Below are positions 12,238 to 24,313 of a stretch of 55,595 nucleotides of DNA, piece by piece; within the stretch, counting starts at the first letter, position 1, and every line of letters starts with the position of its first letter. Made by a program: the position numbers and the translations under genes. The notes beneath the pieces are model-generated. The model was not told the DNA's origin. It saw only the letters and a list, made by a program, of their open reading frames with translations, and did not search any database. Source of the DNA: Chromera velia (Eukaryota); assembly GCA_018398765.1 (NCBI GenBank), contig JAHBMJ010000138.1, positions 1-55,595 on the forward strand, in the 5' to 3' direction.

Positions 12238-13798
12238 TTTCCTTCCTTCCCTCCTTCTTTCCTTCATTCCTTCTTTCCTTCCTTCCTTCTTCCCTTCCTT
12301 CCTTCTTTCCTGATTTCCCTCCTTCCTCCCTTTCTTCCTTCTTTCCTTCCTTCATTCATTCATTCATTCATTCATTCATTCACTCATTCAATGAAAGATG
12401 GGACCTCCTAACGTCTGACAGGCAAGAAAACCAACTGTAAAATGGACTAGGAAAACTTCCTTCACATTCATAAGAACGTTCTCTTTCTATTCGTCTATTT
12501 CAGACACAGATAGATACGGTGACGACGGGAGTGGGAGACTGACTCACCGTGATGCATTTCCTTACAGTGTACGTCAGCTCGCCGGTTGTGGCCTCAAAAA
12601 AGATTCTGCGAGAAAGATGACAGAAGAAGAGAGAAAAGAAACGTCCACAAACCATCGAAGAACATGAACACTGAAATCAAGAAATAAGGATCAGTCACTG
12701 TCAACTGGATTCTGTTCCCCTTTGTCTTCCCATTCGTAAATAAACAGCGGAAGGCAACTAAGTAACCGTGCAGTCGGACCATCGATCATGGCCAGCATGT
12801 CTGTAAGCACAAACCTGAGAAGACAATCACGCGAGAAGACGAGTGAGGGTTGGCAGAGATGGACGAATAGACATACAGACAGACCGGCAAAGACACACAC
12901 AGGCAAATACACACACACAGGCAAAAACAACAACAACAAAAGAAAGAAAGAAAGACCAACCTGTAAGGCCACGCGAAGAGCAGGACAGAGCAGAGTGCAT
13001 AGAACCACCAGTTCATCCAGAAGGGTTGCTTGTCAGAGACGTAGCAGAGGACAGGGGCGTCCAGGTAACCCGCAATGGAGGTCCACATCTCCGAGTCTGC
13101 ATGCATGCAGGCAGGCAGGTGTGCAGCCATGAAATAAATGATCCAAGAGACATGCACACGATCCCAGAGAAAATTGGGTATCGTGTCTTCATTTTCTGCC
13201 AGAAAAGAGAATGCCAAGTTGGGCGAAGAGAAAATGGTGCATTCAGCTGCCTTCAAATGAGGACTTTTCCGAAGGAAGAGCACGGACTTTTCCGAAGGAA
13301 GAGGACGAAGGAAGGCATCGATCGATCCTTCGGGAAAGGAGCAAGTGACGAAGGGAATGACATCTAGACGCAGAAAGAGAAGGGGATTGATTGGCGACAG
13401 AGAAAAGAAACATTACGGGCGAGAGACGAAGTCCGCAGCACCCGCCGCCAAAAAGAAAGCAAAAAAGGAAAAGGAACAGATTGCACAATAGATTCCCTAA
13501 TCTACCCTTTTCTTCCCCTGTCTGGCTCCTCATCCTCCCTGCACCCCCTTCAATTCTGCACAATCCCTCTTTTCGTCCCTTCCTCACTCCCCGTCTACAA
13601 AAACTCTTCAGTGATTTTACAAGCAAACGAAACAGAAGTGTTCTTCTGTACCCCTTAGAGACCCCCCAACCCCCCCCACACCGACCCATCTGATCGTCTC
13701 TGTCTCTGTTGGACTGTTGCAGCTCCTCGAACTGGTCCCGGATCCTGCTCATCTCATGCAAACGAGAATATTTATTTCAAATGCGAGAGAATATTCTT

Positions 13799-13833
<35 letters not shown>

Positions 13834-14098
13834 CTCTCTCTTGGGCTGTTACTGTACACAACCAAATACAGAGGGAGAAACTGAAAGGGTCGGAGGGGAA
13901 GGGAGGAAAAGGAAGGGGGGGGGCAAGGAGGAAAAAGGAAAGGCTAAATTAGATGATGATCTGGGAAGGTGCGTCTCAACTTTTCCCAACATGCACTCAC
14001 ATGTGCTCCTGGACGGACAGACAGACAGACAGACATCCAGACAGACAGAGAGACAGACAGAGAGATAGACAGACAGACATCCAGACAGACAGACAGAC

Positions 14099-14169
<71 letters not shown>

Positions 14170-14183
14170 GAGACAGACAGACC

Positions 14184-14218
<35 letters not shown>

Positions 14219-14928
14219 CGACAGACAGACAGACCGACAGACAGACAGACCGACAGACAGACAGACCGACAGACAGACAGAGAGAGAGACAGACAGACAG
14301 AGAGACAGACAGACAGAGAGACAGACAGACCGACAGACAGACAGACAGACAGACAGACCGACAGACAGACAGACCGACAGACAGACAGAGAGAGAGACAG
14401 ACAGACAGANNNNNNNNNNNNNNNNNNNNNNNNNNNNNNNNNNNNNNNNNNNNNNNNNNNNNNNNNNNNNNNNNNNNNNNNNNNNNNNNNNNNNNNNNNN
14501 NNNNNNNNNNNNNNNNNNNNNNNNNNNNNNNNNNNNNNNNNNNNNNNNNNNNNNNNNNNNNNNNNNNNNNNNNNNNNNNNNNNNNNNNNNNNNNNNNNNN
14601 NNNNNNNNNNNNNNNNNNNNNNNNNNNNNNNNNNNNNNNNNNNNNNNNNNNNNNNNNNNNNNNNNNCCACCCACCCACCCATCGAGTGATCAATCATGCA
14701 ATCTGACTAGCTGGATGACTGGTCCTCCGTCTCTCTGTTCAGTTTTTTTTTTTTCATAATATTCTGTATGAAAATGAAGGATGGCTGACTGGTCCTCCGT
14801 CTCTCGGTCGAGGTAGTGAAGGGCCTTCTTCAGGTTCAGCGACACGACGCCGAAGTTCTCGAGGCCTATGACGGTGTCGGACTCATCGGACCAGTTCCCG
14901 TACCTGCAAAGGAAGGATCAATGAATGA

Positions 14929-14962
<34 letters not shown>

Positions 14963-16692
14963 GAGAGACAGAGAGAGAAAGAGAGAGAGAAGGCTGGGAA
15001 GTGCAAGAGGCAGCCAGAGATTCCAGGAAGAGAGGCAGGAAGAACGAAAACGAAAATCAGACAACTCTGGTGTATNNNNNNNNNNNNNCACCCCTGATGG
15101 ACACGCAGGCGTAGAGTAGAAAGCTGAGCCAAATGGTGTCGTGGAAAGCGTTCAGCCATAGGCATGCATAATACATGTATGTACTCTGTCAACATACCGA
15201 CAGAGAGACCAACGTGCAATGATTGGTGTTGTTGAAAGCGTTCAGCCACAATTTGTGTATATTGCATGTATGCATCTGCTTGCTGTATTTGCATCATGCC
15301 CACAGACGGACAGAGAAGAGACAGATGCAGACCTGAACTGGATTGTGTCGTTGAAGGTGTTCACTCTCTGTTTGATTTGATGGACCTTCTCCTCACCCCC
15401 TTCCTTCACCGTCACGTTCTTCAGCTCGTAGTGGTAGCTCTGCATTCAGATTTATTTGTTTGTTGTGCAGGCATGCATGCTGATACATACGTGACCGAGG
15501 GAGGAAAGAGGAGAGACGCTGGGAAGGGCGGCTGGCAGTCCCTCAGGCCGAAGAGGAGTATGCAGACGGAGCGATTGGAAAATTGAAATGAAGAGAACTT
15601 CTGAAAAAAAAAGAAACGGAAATGTCTCTGAAGAGCACTGTGAAAAGAGAGCAAGCTTCCAGTACAACACAAGAGTGCACGCCTCCACTGCGTCAGTAGA
15701 ACAGAGGAAAAGCACGGAATCACACACCAATGCCCTACCAGGAGAAATAAAAAGGCACAGGCTTCTAGAAGCCCTTTGAGGTCTCACTTTAGTCAACCTT
15801 CAAAGCAGGCAGTCGCGAAGAGACACCCCTTCAAGAAATGCCTGCATGTGCACCCTGATGTGACGGGTGGCCGAAACGAGTGAAGATTTCTCTGACACAA
15901 ACCCCTTTCTGACACTTCAGCAAGTGGCCGGAGCCTCCTGTGAAATGCCCGCAACAAACAAACCCCCACGGATACACATGCGCGTGCACGCATGGACGGA
16001 CCTGCACCCTGAAGTAGAGAGCGGGAGCGGCCTGTTTGAGTCTCTTGATCAGTTCCGTGGCCGTCACTTGGTTCTTGACCTTCCAGAGGTTCCTTGCCAC
16101 AGGGGAGAGCCAGAAGCACTCGAGGAGGTAAAGAGTGTACGCAAGCACCAGAGCCACGCCCATTGAAGGAGACTCAGAGACCTGCCGATGCATGAGTGGG
16201 CGTGCATGTGCACATGCAAACAGATGAATGGAGGTCTGTTTCTTCCCGTTATACCCTGAAATAGAAAGCTTCTTGAACGCAAATACCAGTGAAAAGAGGA
16301 CCCGCACGGGAACCGATGAGGTACAGATCTTGGCATGTCAACCCTAGGTCAGACAACCAGTGTCGTTGACATAGACGGGATGTAGAACAGGTACGCCACT
16401 GAACTGACACTGTCCAGCAGGCAGTCATGCTCTCATTTGAGCCGTGTACTTTTCTTTTCAAGGATTGCTTTATGGACTTCAAGTTCAGAAGGCAAAAGTG
16501 CACCTTAGGTCAGGCAAGAGCATGAGAGAGCATGAACTGACTGACGATGAGGCAGCAGAAAACCAGGACGGTGGCCAGGGACAAAAACAGACAGAAGGCA
16601 TGCCAATCGTTGGCAGACTTGAAACGACGCTTCTTCTGGGTCAGCTGGGCGCCCCCTTCTCCCTCGGCAAACGTAATTTTGTTGCCTCTCAT
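7788..16692 (-). CDS. 18-exon membrane protein (~715 aa): TMEM151-like N-terminal half, TM helix, LEA_2/TMEM106-like domain and acidic tail
   Basis: Phase-consistent exons: 16692-16546, 16398-16255, 16181-16002, 15439-15333, 14903-14790, 13744-13686, 13096-12961, 12605-12548, 11907-11856, 11509-11391, 11129-11050, 10570-10474, 10225-10171, 9924-9870, 9397-9290, 9210-9163, 8851-8695, 8219-7788. TMEM151-type motifs: [59 protein letters not shown]_2-type motifs: [31 protein letters not shown]. Confidence 0.7.
14013..14409. repeat. (GACA)n microsatellite in an intron, followed by an assembly gap (N 14410-14666)
   Basis: Direct tandem repeat. Confidence 0.95.
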
Positions 16693-16884
16693 CCTGACCT
16701 ACAAAACGAACTCCTTACCACCCGTCCGGTTGATTGAGCTTTCTCTTCTCAACCTGTTTCTAGCAGTGCTATTTCTTCCTTCCTTTCCTGTCTTCCTTCT
16801 TCAGTCAGACTGCTGGCAGATCAACTTTGTAAGGAGGCTTTTCTGACTTCAGAGTATATGAAACTCTATTTGCCCAACACTCAG

Positions 16885-17030
16885 GCCATGCATGCAACCT
16901 CCGCCGCAGGTCAGTTTTTTCGTGTATATTAATATATATATGCATGCATGTGCAAATCAAAAGACATGCATGCATTAATTATTATATGTATGAAAATCAA
17001 TACACAAATATATATGCATGCATGCGCGTA
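16885..17030. promoter_or_regulatory. TGCATGCA motif cluster in a divergent promoter region (candidate ApiAP2 sites)
   Basis: Several overlapping GCATGC/TGCATGCA copies upstream of ATG 16692; a similar cluster lies at about 17960-18000 upstream of the SLOG-like gene. Confidence 0.45.
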
Positions 17031-17031
17031 T

Positions 17032-17862
17032 ATATAAGCCCCGGGCCTGCCCTTGAATTTTGTACGCACGATTTGACTGTAGCTCTGTATTGATCCATTT
17101 TTTTTTTAATTTTTTTTTTATTTTTATTTTTTTTGAAAAAAAAATGGTCGCTTCAAGCGTAATTTATGGTCTAACAACCCAGCCGTGCGCGGCCCAAGCC
17201 GTCTCCGCGGTCACTATGAAGGGGGGCGTCTCGCGACTTTTTTTTTCCCTTCGAAAAACCGAATTACCGGCAGGGGGGCATCTTTTTGCCACGCCTGCCC
17301 CTGGTCCCCGCCGCTATAGAATAAAGAAAATGGTGCCCCGCCCGCCTCAATCAGTCGTTATTTTCACTTCAGCCGCTGATTGCAAACAACTGTTCCAGCA
17401 AAGGATCAGACCTCTTATCATTCAAAAAAATTGGAAGTATATGCACGGCTAGACCATCAAGCAGGCTAACAAAGCAATCAAAACAGAAATTTAAACTATT
17501 TTTGGAAATTGTTGTGAGCGTTGTGGTGCTTCTAGCCTTCCCGATCTTCCTGGTGGGCACAACCCATACGATATGTATCACAACAACTATCATCTGGCCA
17601 CCTACTGGAAGTTTTTCCTCGGGAAGATCACAGTGAAAAAAATTGGGCACGGAAATGAAGACCAGTGGATCAATACTGTTTTTGACACTAATCACCCAGA
17701 TGATGGTGAATTGATCTGTCAGTATTGTTATCATGTGCACAAGTACGATGCCTACCGACATGCACCCGCACAGCCTGCTTGGTACAAAGCCTAACTTCAA
17801 AATTTTATCATCAAAATTTTATGTATTTTGACCGTACAAAATTTAAGGGCAGGGGCTTATAT
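17032..17862. mobile_element. Inverted-repeat-bounded element carrying a decayed Cys/His (HNH-like) ORF
   Basis: ATATAAGCCCC(GGGCC)TGCCCTTGAATTTTGTACG vs CGTACAAAATTTAAGGGCAGGGGCTTATAT. Confidence 0.55.
17381..17794 (+). pseudogene. Intronless HNH/zinc-finger-like ORF remnant
   Basis: One frame reads ...KYMHG*TIKQANKAIKTEI*TIFGNCCERCG...HNNYH...GELICQYCYHVH...; stops at 17450-17452 and 17492-17494. Confidence 0.45.
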
Positions 17863-18399
17863 CGCAAATTTTTGTTCGGAATCAAAAAAAGGAAGAACAA
17901 AAAAAACAGATACAGGGCCGGCCGGCGGTGCATTTGTTTAATTTGCGGCGCGCCGTGCCCAGGCATGCGGCATGCATGCATGCGAGGCATGCATGTGGCG
18001 GGCCGCCGCGCGATGGACGGTGAGCATAACTGGGGACGGCCAGCGCATTCCAGCGCTATGAATATACATGGCTAGCTGTCAGTCTGCCTAAACACTGCTT
18101 GTGGATGAGGCTGATTCCATTCTGATTCCTTCAAGATCTCGCCAGAATGCGATGCTGTCGACGCAAGAAGACGTTTGCAGAGCTCGGCCAGGTGGTCGGA
18201 GAGGGGTTCATTCATTGGGGGAAGTGCGATCGATCCGTGCGTGTGCCTGTTCCTGCTTTGTATGTGCGGAATTGGACGCAGGCAAGGTTCTTATTTCATG
18301 AAGGTTCAGCTTGGCATGATCGGGTACTGTCACTTTCTCTAAAAGAGACAAGCCGGTACCGTCACGTTCCTCCTCAGCCCCTTCTATGTGTGCATCGCA

Positions 18400-19707
18400 A
18401 TGGCAATTAAACGGTTTCGTGGGATTGTGGCAGTGGTGAACGAATTGGACCAACGAGAGGTTCACCTCTTTTTTGGGTACTCTTCCCAGAGCTACAGGGA
18501 CTTTGACCGTCAGGTCCTTCCCACCGTGAAGGAAAAGGTCCTTCCCTTCCTGGCACACGGCGCCACTCTGGTTGGGTTCGGAGACCCAGTAGACGAACGG
18601 AATCCGACAATCTCCAACGTGGTCAGACAAATCAAAGAGTGGAGACCGGATGTGAAGGTGCTCGTGATCGGAATCTCCGAACTGCGCAAACTTCCAGACC
18701 CTTCATATGCCGGTAAGTCAGTTGATGTAACTCTCTTTGTGTCTGTTTTTCTGTAGTGAACACACGGATTGAGGGTGTCAACTTTGAGGCGCCCTCTCTG
18801 CTTCCGTACACCGACGCTCCTTTGCCGTCTCCTTTTGCCCGCTCGGTTTTTCACTCGCCAGACTGCCCCTGTTGGTGTTGAATTTCTGATTCTTGTTACT
18901 TCTCTTGTGGACGCCAAGATACAGTACGTGGGTCGGTACCAGCATGTCCATGCAGAGAGAAGGTCTTGGAGACAAGCACGCGCCTTCTCTTTGCCAGAAG
19001 ATTCGTTCGCCGTTGCCTCTGTGTCTGTTCATGTGTGTCTGCGTCAAGGTGTGTACATATACGTATGTCGATGTGCCTCTGTGAATGTGTGCAAATATAA
19101 AGGATTGGATGGAAAAATTGACGCTTTTGCAACTCCGTTTGTTTCTTTTTCTTCCTTTCTTCCTTTCTTGTTTTGCTTGATTCTTTCGCTCCTTCATTCC
19201 TTTTTTCCTGCCTGTCTTCCTTCCTTTCTTGCTTCCTTCTTTCGTTGCTCGCTTCCTTCGTTCCTTCGCCTATTCCTTCATCCGTCCGTCCGTTCGTTCC
19301 TTTGTCTCTTCCTTCCTTCCTTCATTGATTCATTCATGGGGCCATCCATTCATCCCCTTAATGCCTGTTCCTTCACTCTTCTTCCCCCCTTTCCTTCCCT
19401 CAACAAGAGCAGATGGATTGAAGGAAACGCGTCCTCTCTGATTCTCTTACGTTCCTTGTTCTCGTCCTGCATTTGCTCGCGTCTAGGGGCTGCAAGTAGC
19501 TTTGTGCACGCCACACATACACACGCAGAGACGCGTTTTTGCGCTGACAAAATTTTCCTTCCTTCCTCTGTCTGTCCGTCTGTCCATCTGAAACCATATA
19601 GTCTGTCCGTCTGTCTGTCTGTGCGAATCTTTGGATGTGAGGCAGGGAGACTCTATTCGTCCTCGGGGCGTGCGGCTTCTCGGGCGTTTCTTTGTCCCCG
19701 TTTCTTT

Positions 19708-19745
<38 letters not shown>

Positions 19746-20800
19746 ACGTCCTCTGGGCCCTTGCGTTGCTCTGCTTTGATCTCAGATTCGGGGGAACGCA
19801 CAGAAGATTCATCGACTGTCTGCTCAAAAAGCTTGACGTCCTCTTTTTTTCTCTCTCTCTTTCCTTCCCTTTTTCCTTTGTTCCTGTCATGTCCGTGTCG
19901 TGTTCTTCCCTTCACGTGCTCTCTCCGTCGGTCCCCTGCTTTTTGTTGTCCCTTCACGTCTCCTGCTTCAGTCTCTCTCGTTGGCTTTTGAATTCTCGAG
20001 GAAGTCTTCTCGTTTTGTATCAGAACAGCGGGAAAGACCTACAGAAATTTTGTGGTGCTTTGAATGAAAAAAGTACGGACGACAATGAATACATGTCGAG
20101 AAAGGTTCAAAAAAGCGTGCCTGAGAGACGTCTGTCGGTCTGCAGATGTTGTTTTCATCTTGAGAGTTTCATGAGAAGCAGGGGAGTACAAGTATTCTGT
20201 CAAGACAAACACATATTGATGCTTTCATGTTGCTGTGTTGCAGATTTTGTTTTGTATCACGACAGTTGGGAAGAAGGGGAGTACAAGTACGGAGGCGTGA
20301 ACCCTGTAACAGGGGAGCCATGCTCGAACACGAAAATATGGTTGGAGCTTCATCACTTGCTGGAGTGGGGAGTGTCGAAGATTTGGGTTTTGGGGGGGGG
20401 CAAAGTGACCTTGCAGGAGATGAGACTAGCAGCTGAGGAGGCGCAGATTCCTATCGACGCTTTTCTCTTTGCACCGAAGCGAATGACACAAAGGGCGCGT
20501 GGAGACATCGCATCCCTCCGTTCGTTGTGTCACCCAAAAAGTCCGTCACGACTTCCGAATGCGACGCTGCATTTTGATTTTGGCTCCAGTAGTTGGTTAC
20601 GAACGATGCTTTCAACTTGTCTTCCCGGTGCTTCCGCCTCCGCTGGTAGTGAGGGAAAGAGGGGATTGACACGAGGGGTCAAGATGGTCATCGCGGCAGT
20701 GGTCGGGGCTTCTGCCGGGTTTTTCGTCTGGTGGATACACCAGAGTGGAAGCGCGTGGGTGGTTTCACGATTGAAGTGGTTGGGGTTGGACCTTGGCTAA
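18400..20800 (+). CDS. SLOG-superfamily-like nucleotide-binding protein with C-terminal membrane anchor (289 aa, 2 exons)
   Basis: Exons 18400-18712 (GTAAGT donor) and 20244-20800 join in phase 1; motifs HLFFGYSSQSYRD, ADFVLYHD...YGG and IWVLGGGKVTLQEMRLA; hydrophobic tail MVIAAVVGASAGFFVWWI. Confidence 0.7.
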
Positions 20801-22016
20801 AGCGCATGCGCATACAGCGAACGGAAAGGGGGAGAGAGTGCAGGGGTTGCAGGGGGTGTGAATTTATTAGTGGAGCAAACGCCTGCATACCTAGCTGTGT
20901 ACCTCTCTAAAGTTACGAGTAAGTTACACTTATCATCAGCTTTTTTCTAAATCAATGACATACGACCTAGCAAGGCTAGCATACGACATATTGTTGCAGT
21001 TCTGAGTTAGGTTCAGTTAGAATCTTCTGATAGGGTGATCTTAAATCTCGTCTTAATTTAATTTTTTAATGAGAAAGCTTCGAAAAGCTGGTTTAATAAT
21101 TCAATATTAAACTTTGTAAAAGTTATTTCGAGGTTATTCTTTAAATTTTAGGTTATTCTTTAAATTTTAATCCATATCGCAAATTTATTAGAATTTCTGT
21201 ACAAATTTGCTCATCAAATGGTTCGAATCGCCAATGTGGTGGAAATATAAAATGATCGTAAATGAACATAACACTATCAGTAGTACTATCACAACTTAAA
21301 CAGCTAAATTGAATTTAAATTAAATATATAACATATACTTTAGCATATACTATTATATTATTTTATATTATACAGTCACAATAATATACTGTGTTGCCTA
21401 GTCTGTGCAGTTTAGGCTGTACTAATATATGTTAAAGAAAAGCTTCAAAAAACCGATAGAGACAGCGCTGAATTAATGTCCACCTCACATGAGTTTTTGT
21501 TTTTTTCCTTTGGAGGCTGGAAAATAGGCGGCTTCGCCCCTGTTCTTGTCGTCAACGACTTCTTTCCTCACGGGCCTATCCTAGCCTAGGGCCTATCAGC
21601 CTCAGGAAGGGGAATCGGATTGCACACCCTGAGAAGAGCCAAATCGAGCATTTCAAAAGGGCTTACCGTCTGGGTGGGAGGTGAATGAATGTGGAAGACG
21701 CCTGAAAAGGGCAACTGGTATTGGGAGTTTGTGCATGGGACTTTGAAGGAAGGAAGGAAGGAAGGATGGGCCCCGCCAGATTAAATCAAATCTGTGGGTG
21801 GATTATTGTAGAAGATTAGAAGTTGCTTTGCTTTGCATGGGGGTCTCCGCCACCCCTCCGAAGCAAAGCAGAATGGACAAATCAGACGACGAACCCGTCT
21901 CTTTGACAAATCAGTAATGTGCGAGTAGGGCTGCGTGTCGGATTTTTCTTTTCTTATCACTGAGGAACACTCCTCTCTCCCTCCTCCCTTTTCCCCTCCC
22001 TCCCAAAGAAAGCACG

Positions 22017-23641
22017 TCAAAAGAACTCCGTCTCCCTTCTCTCCCCCCCGCCCCCTGCAGGAGGGGGGGGTCCGTTACTAGGCCACTGCCCCCCCCCCGG
22101 TCCCTCATAGTCTGGGGGTGGAGGTCCATAGTCCTGGTACATGGAGGCGCCTACTGCCCCCTGCTGGCCCCCCATAAAGACACTCTGCTGGGGCATGGGT
22201 CGGTCCCCCCACATGGGCATGCCCGCCGCCCCTGGAGCGATGGATGCCGCCACAGAGGGACGCCCATACTGCTGGGTCTGTCTGTGGTCTGTCGTCGTCT
22301 GGTAAGGGTCGTAGGTGCTGTAGGCAGCTGCACCGGGGCCGAATTGGGGTGCGGGGCCGGGAGGAGCCTGCGAGAATTTGTGCATCCAGTGTAAGAGAAA
22401 GCGTGGAATTAAGTTGTGTAAGTGTTCGTTTGCATGTATGCTGTGTGCGTGTGTGGACCCACAGACTTTGTGAGCACTCCAAATGTCTTTCTCGGATGAG
22501 CAGCGGACTCCTGTGTATGTAGACAGACACTTGATGAAAGAAAGAAATGGGAAAGGGACAAAAGGGACAAAGTCCCTGTCGATAAATGAAACGATCGTCG
22601 TTTGAGGAAAAAAGGGGAGCGCATGGGGCGCCTGGGGAAGGCGAATGAACGAAATACAGAGTGCACATCAAAGCGGATCGTCTAGCCTTCTCGGCCGAGC
22701 ACAGGCAGGCAGGATTGACTTACCGGTCCGGGTCCTCCTCCAGCACCTGCATGCACATTACATGGGTGGGTGACCGGGGGGAAAGGGCAAACACATGTAC
22801 ACATCATGGCAGTGATCAGGTCAAGCATCCACCATGAACTTTTTTTAAAACCAATCCATGACACATTCGCATCTCCTTAAGACACTATGACGTTCACAGA
22901 ACCTACTGACCTCCCATGACATCATTTATAAATTGACAGACCTCCCTGATAGATGTGTACTTGTGTCCACGTATCCTGTGCCCGTGCCGCCTCTGCCTCT
23001 GCATGCAGCTGTGCCTCCAGTTTCTTCTTTGCCTTCATGTACTTTTTTGTCTCCTTCTCCTCGAACTGCTGTACCTTCTTGTGCACCTTCGCGTTCTTGG
23101 CAGCCTCCTGTGCCATCACGTGGTGCTCCAGCCTCTTTGCCTTCTTTGAGGACTCCTTCTCCTTCTTCTTTCTCAGGTAGCCTGCATGGAATTAAACACG
23201 TACAGGCATGGGAAATGAAATTGATGTGCAGAATGCCTGCATGCCCGCCTGGTTGCTTCTATATATGCATGCATGCCCGTCTGAACGCAGAAAGTTTCTC
23301 TTTCCCTCTCCAGTTCCGATGCAGCCTGAAAGCACGAATTTAGACGCATAATAAGTACCCTGCCTCTCTGAGTCTCTCTATTGCTGACTTTCTGCCCGTG
23401 CGTCTACATCTTGAAGTGCATGCATGTGATGCTTCTGCATTCTCCTTTTTGCCCCGCATGGATGCACGAATGTACGGCCGGAATTGCAAGCATACAAAAT
23501 CATTTCGAGCATGAAGCAATTGAAAGGAAACATGCTCCCTGCTGATTGTTGATTTCTTCACTTACTTGTGTAGGCAAAGAGAAGAACTCCGATGACCACA
23601 AGAGGGACGACAATGGCAACTGCGAGGATCCAGATCTCCAT
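22017..23641 (-). CDS. Hypothetical single-pass membrane protein (229 aa) with Lys/Glu coiled coil and Pro/Gly/Tyr-rich tail
   Basis: Exons 23641-23566, 23181-22942, 22746-22724 (23-nt micro-exon) and 22367-22017 are phase-consistent; N-terminus MEIWILAVAIVVPLVVIGVLLFAY; ends ETEFF*. Confidence 0.75.
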
Positions 23642-24313
23642 GTTCTTTACCTGTCTTTTGCTTTTCTCTTTACCCCTAGCGTCTGAGCAAGCTTCTCGCC
23701 AGCGCTAAACACTTTCTACAAACGGCCGTGTACTGGAAACGAGAAGCTTGGTTTGTTACTGGAAACCGCGTGGCTCCAAGAGTGTCCTCAAAAGTATATA
23801 AATGTGTATATAGAAGATTCTTCCTCTTGAACGTATCGCGAGCCGTCTACAATCATGCAAGTGCATGTGGTTTCGAGCCTCATGCAACCGCTCTGCATGG
23901 GCACGTATACGCGAATCATCTGCTCCTCCTCTGTTTCTCTCTCACTTCTTGACAGTCTCTTACGGCCTATAGGTTTGTCAGACTTCTCAGTTGCAATGAT
24001 ATTCCTCTTTCCGCGACTCAGCGTGTATCGGTGTTGCCCGCATGCACGCATGCATGGCCTCGGCCCGCGCGCCGCTCGCCCATGCATGCATATATACCCG
24101 AGCCGACCCCCTGCAAACGGCCCTTAATTCATCCACTCAACTGGTTGGGGAGAAGAAAAGAGGGGAAAGAATCTGTTTGCATGCCGGTCCCAGGCTCTCG
24201 GTGAATCCCGTGCTTGTTTGGCTCCACGCAACGCTCAACTTCAATCTTCACGCACTGTCAGAGACGTCCCGTCTATATTAATATACGTACACCTTCCCGA
24301 ACCGCAAAGCCCG

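Noticed and set aside
13849..14759. Long QTDR/SVCL ORFs
   Set aside because: (GACA)n repeat plus an N gap
17450..17494. In-frame TAG/TAA as possible stop-codon reassignment
   Set aside because: Modelled host genes terminate at TAA, TAG and TGA; ordinary pseudogene decay is the simpler explanation
18769..20243. Long ORFs within the SLOG gene intron
   Set aside because: Low-complexity pyrimidine-rich intron; the flanking exons join in phase without them
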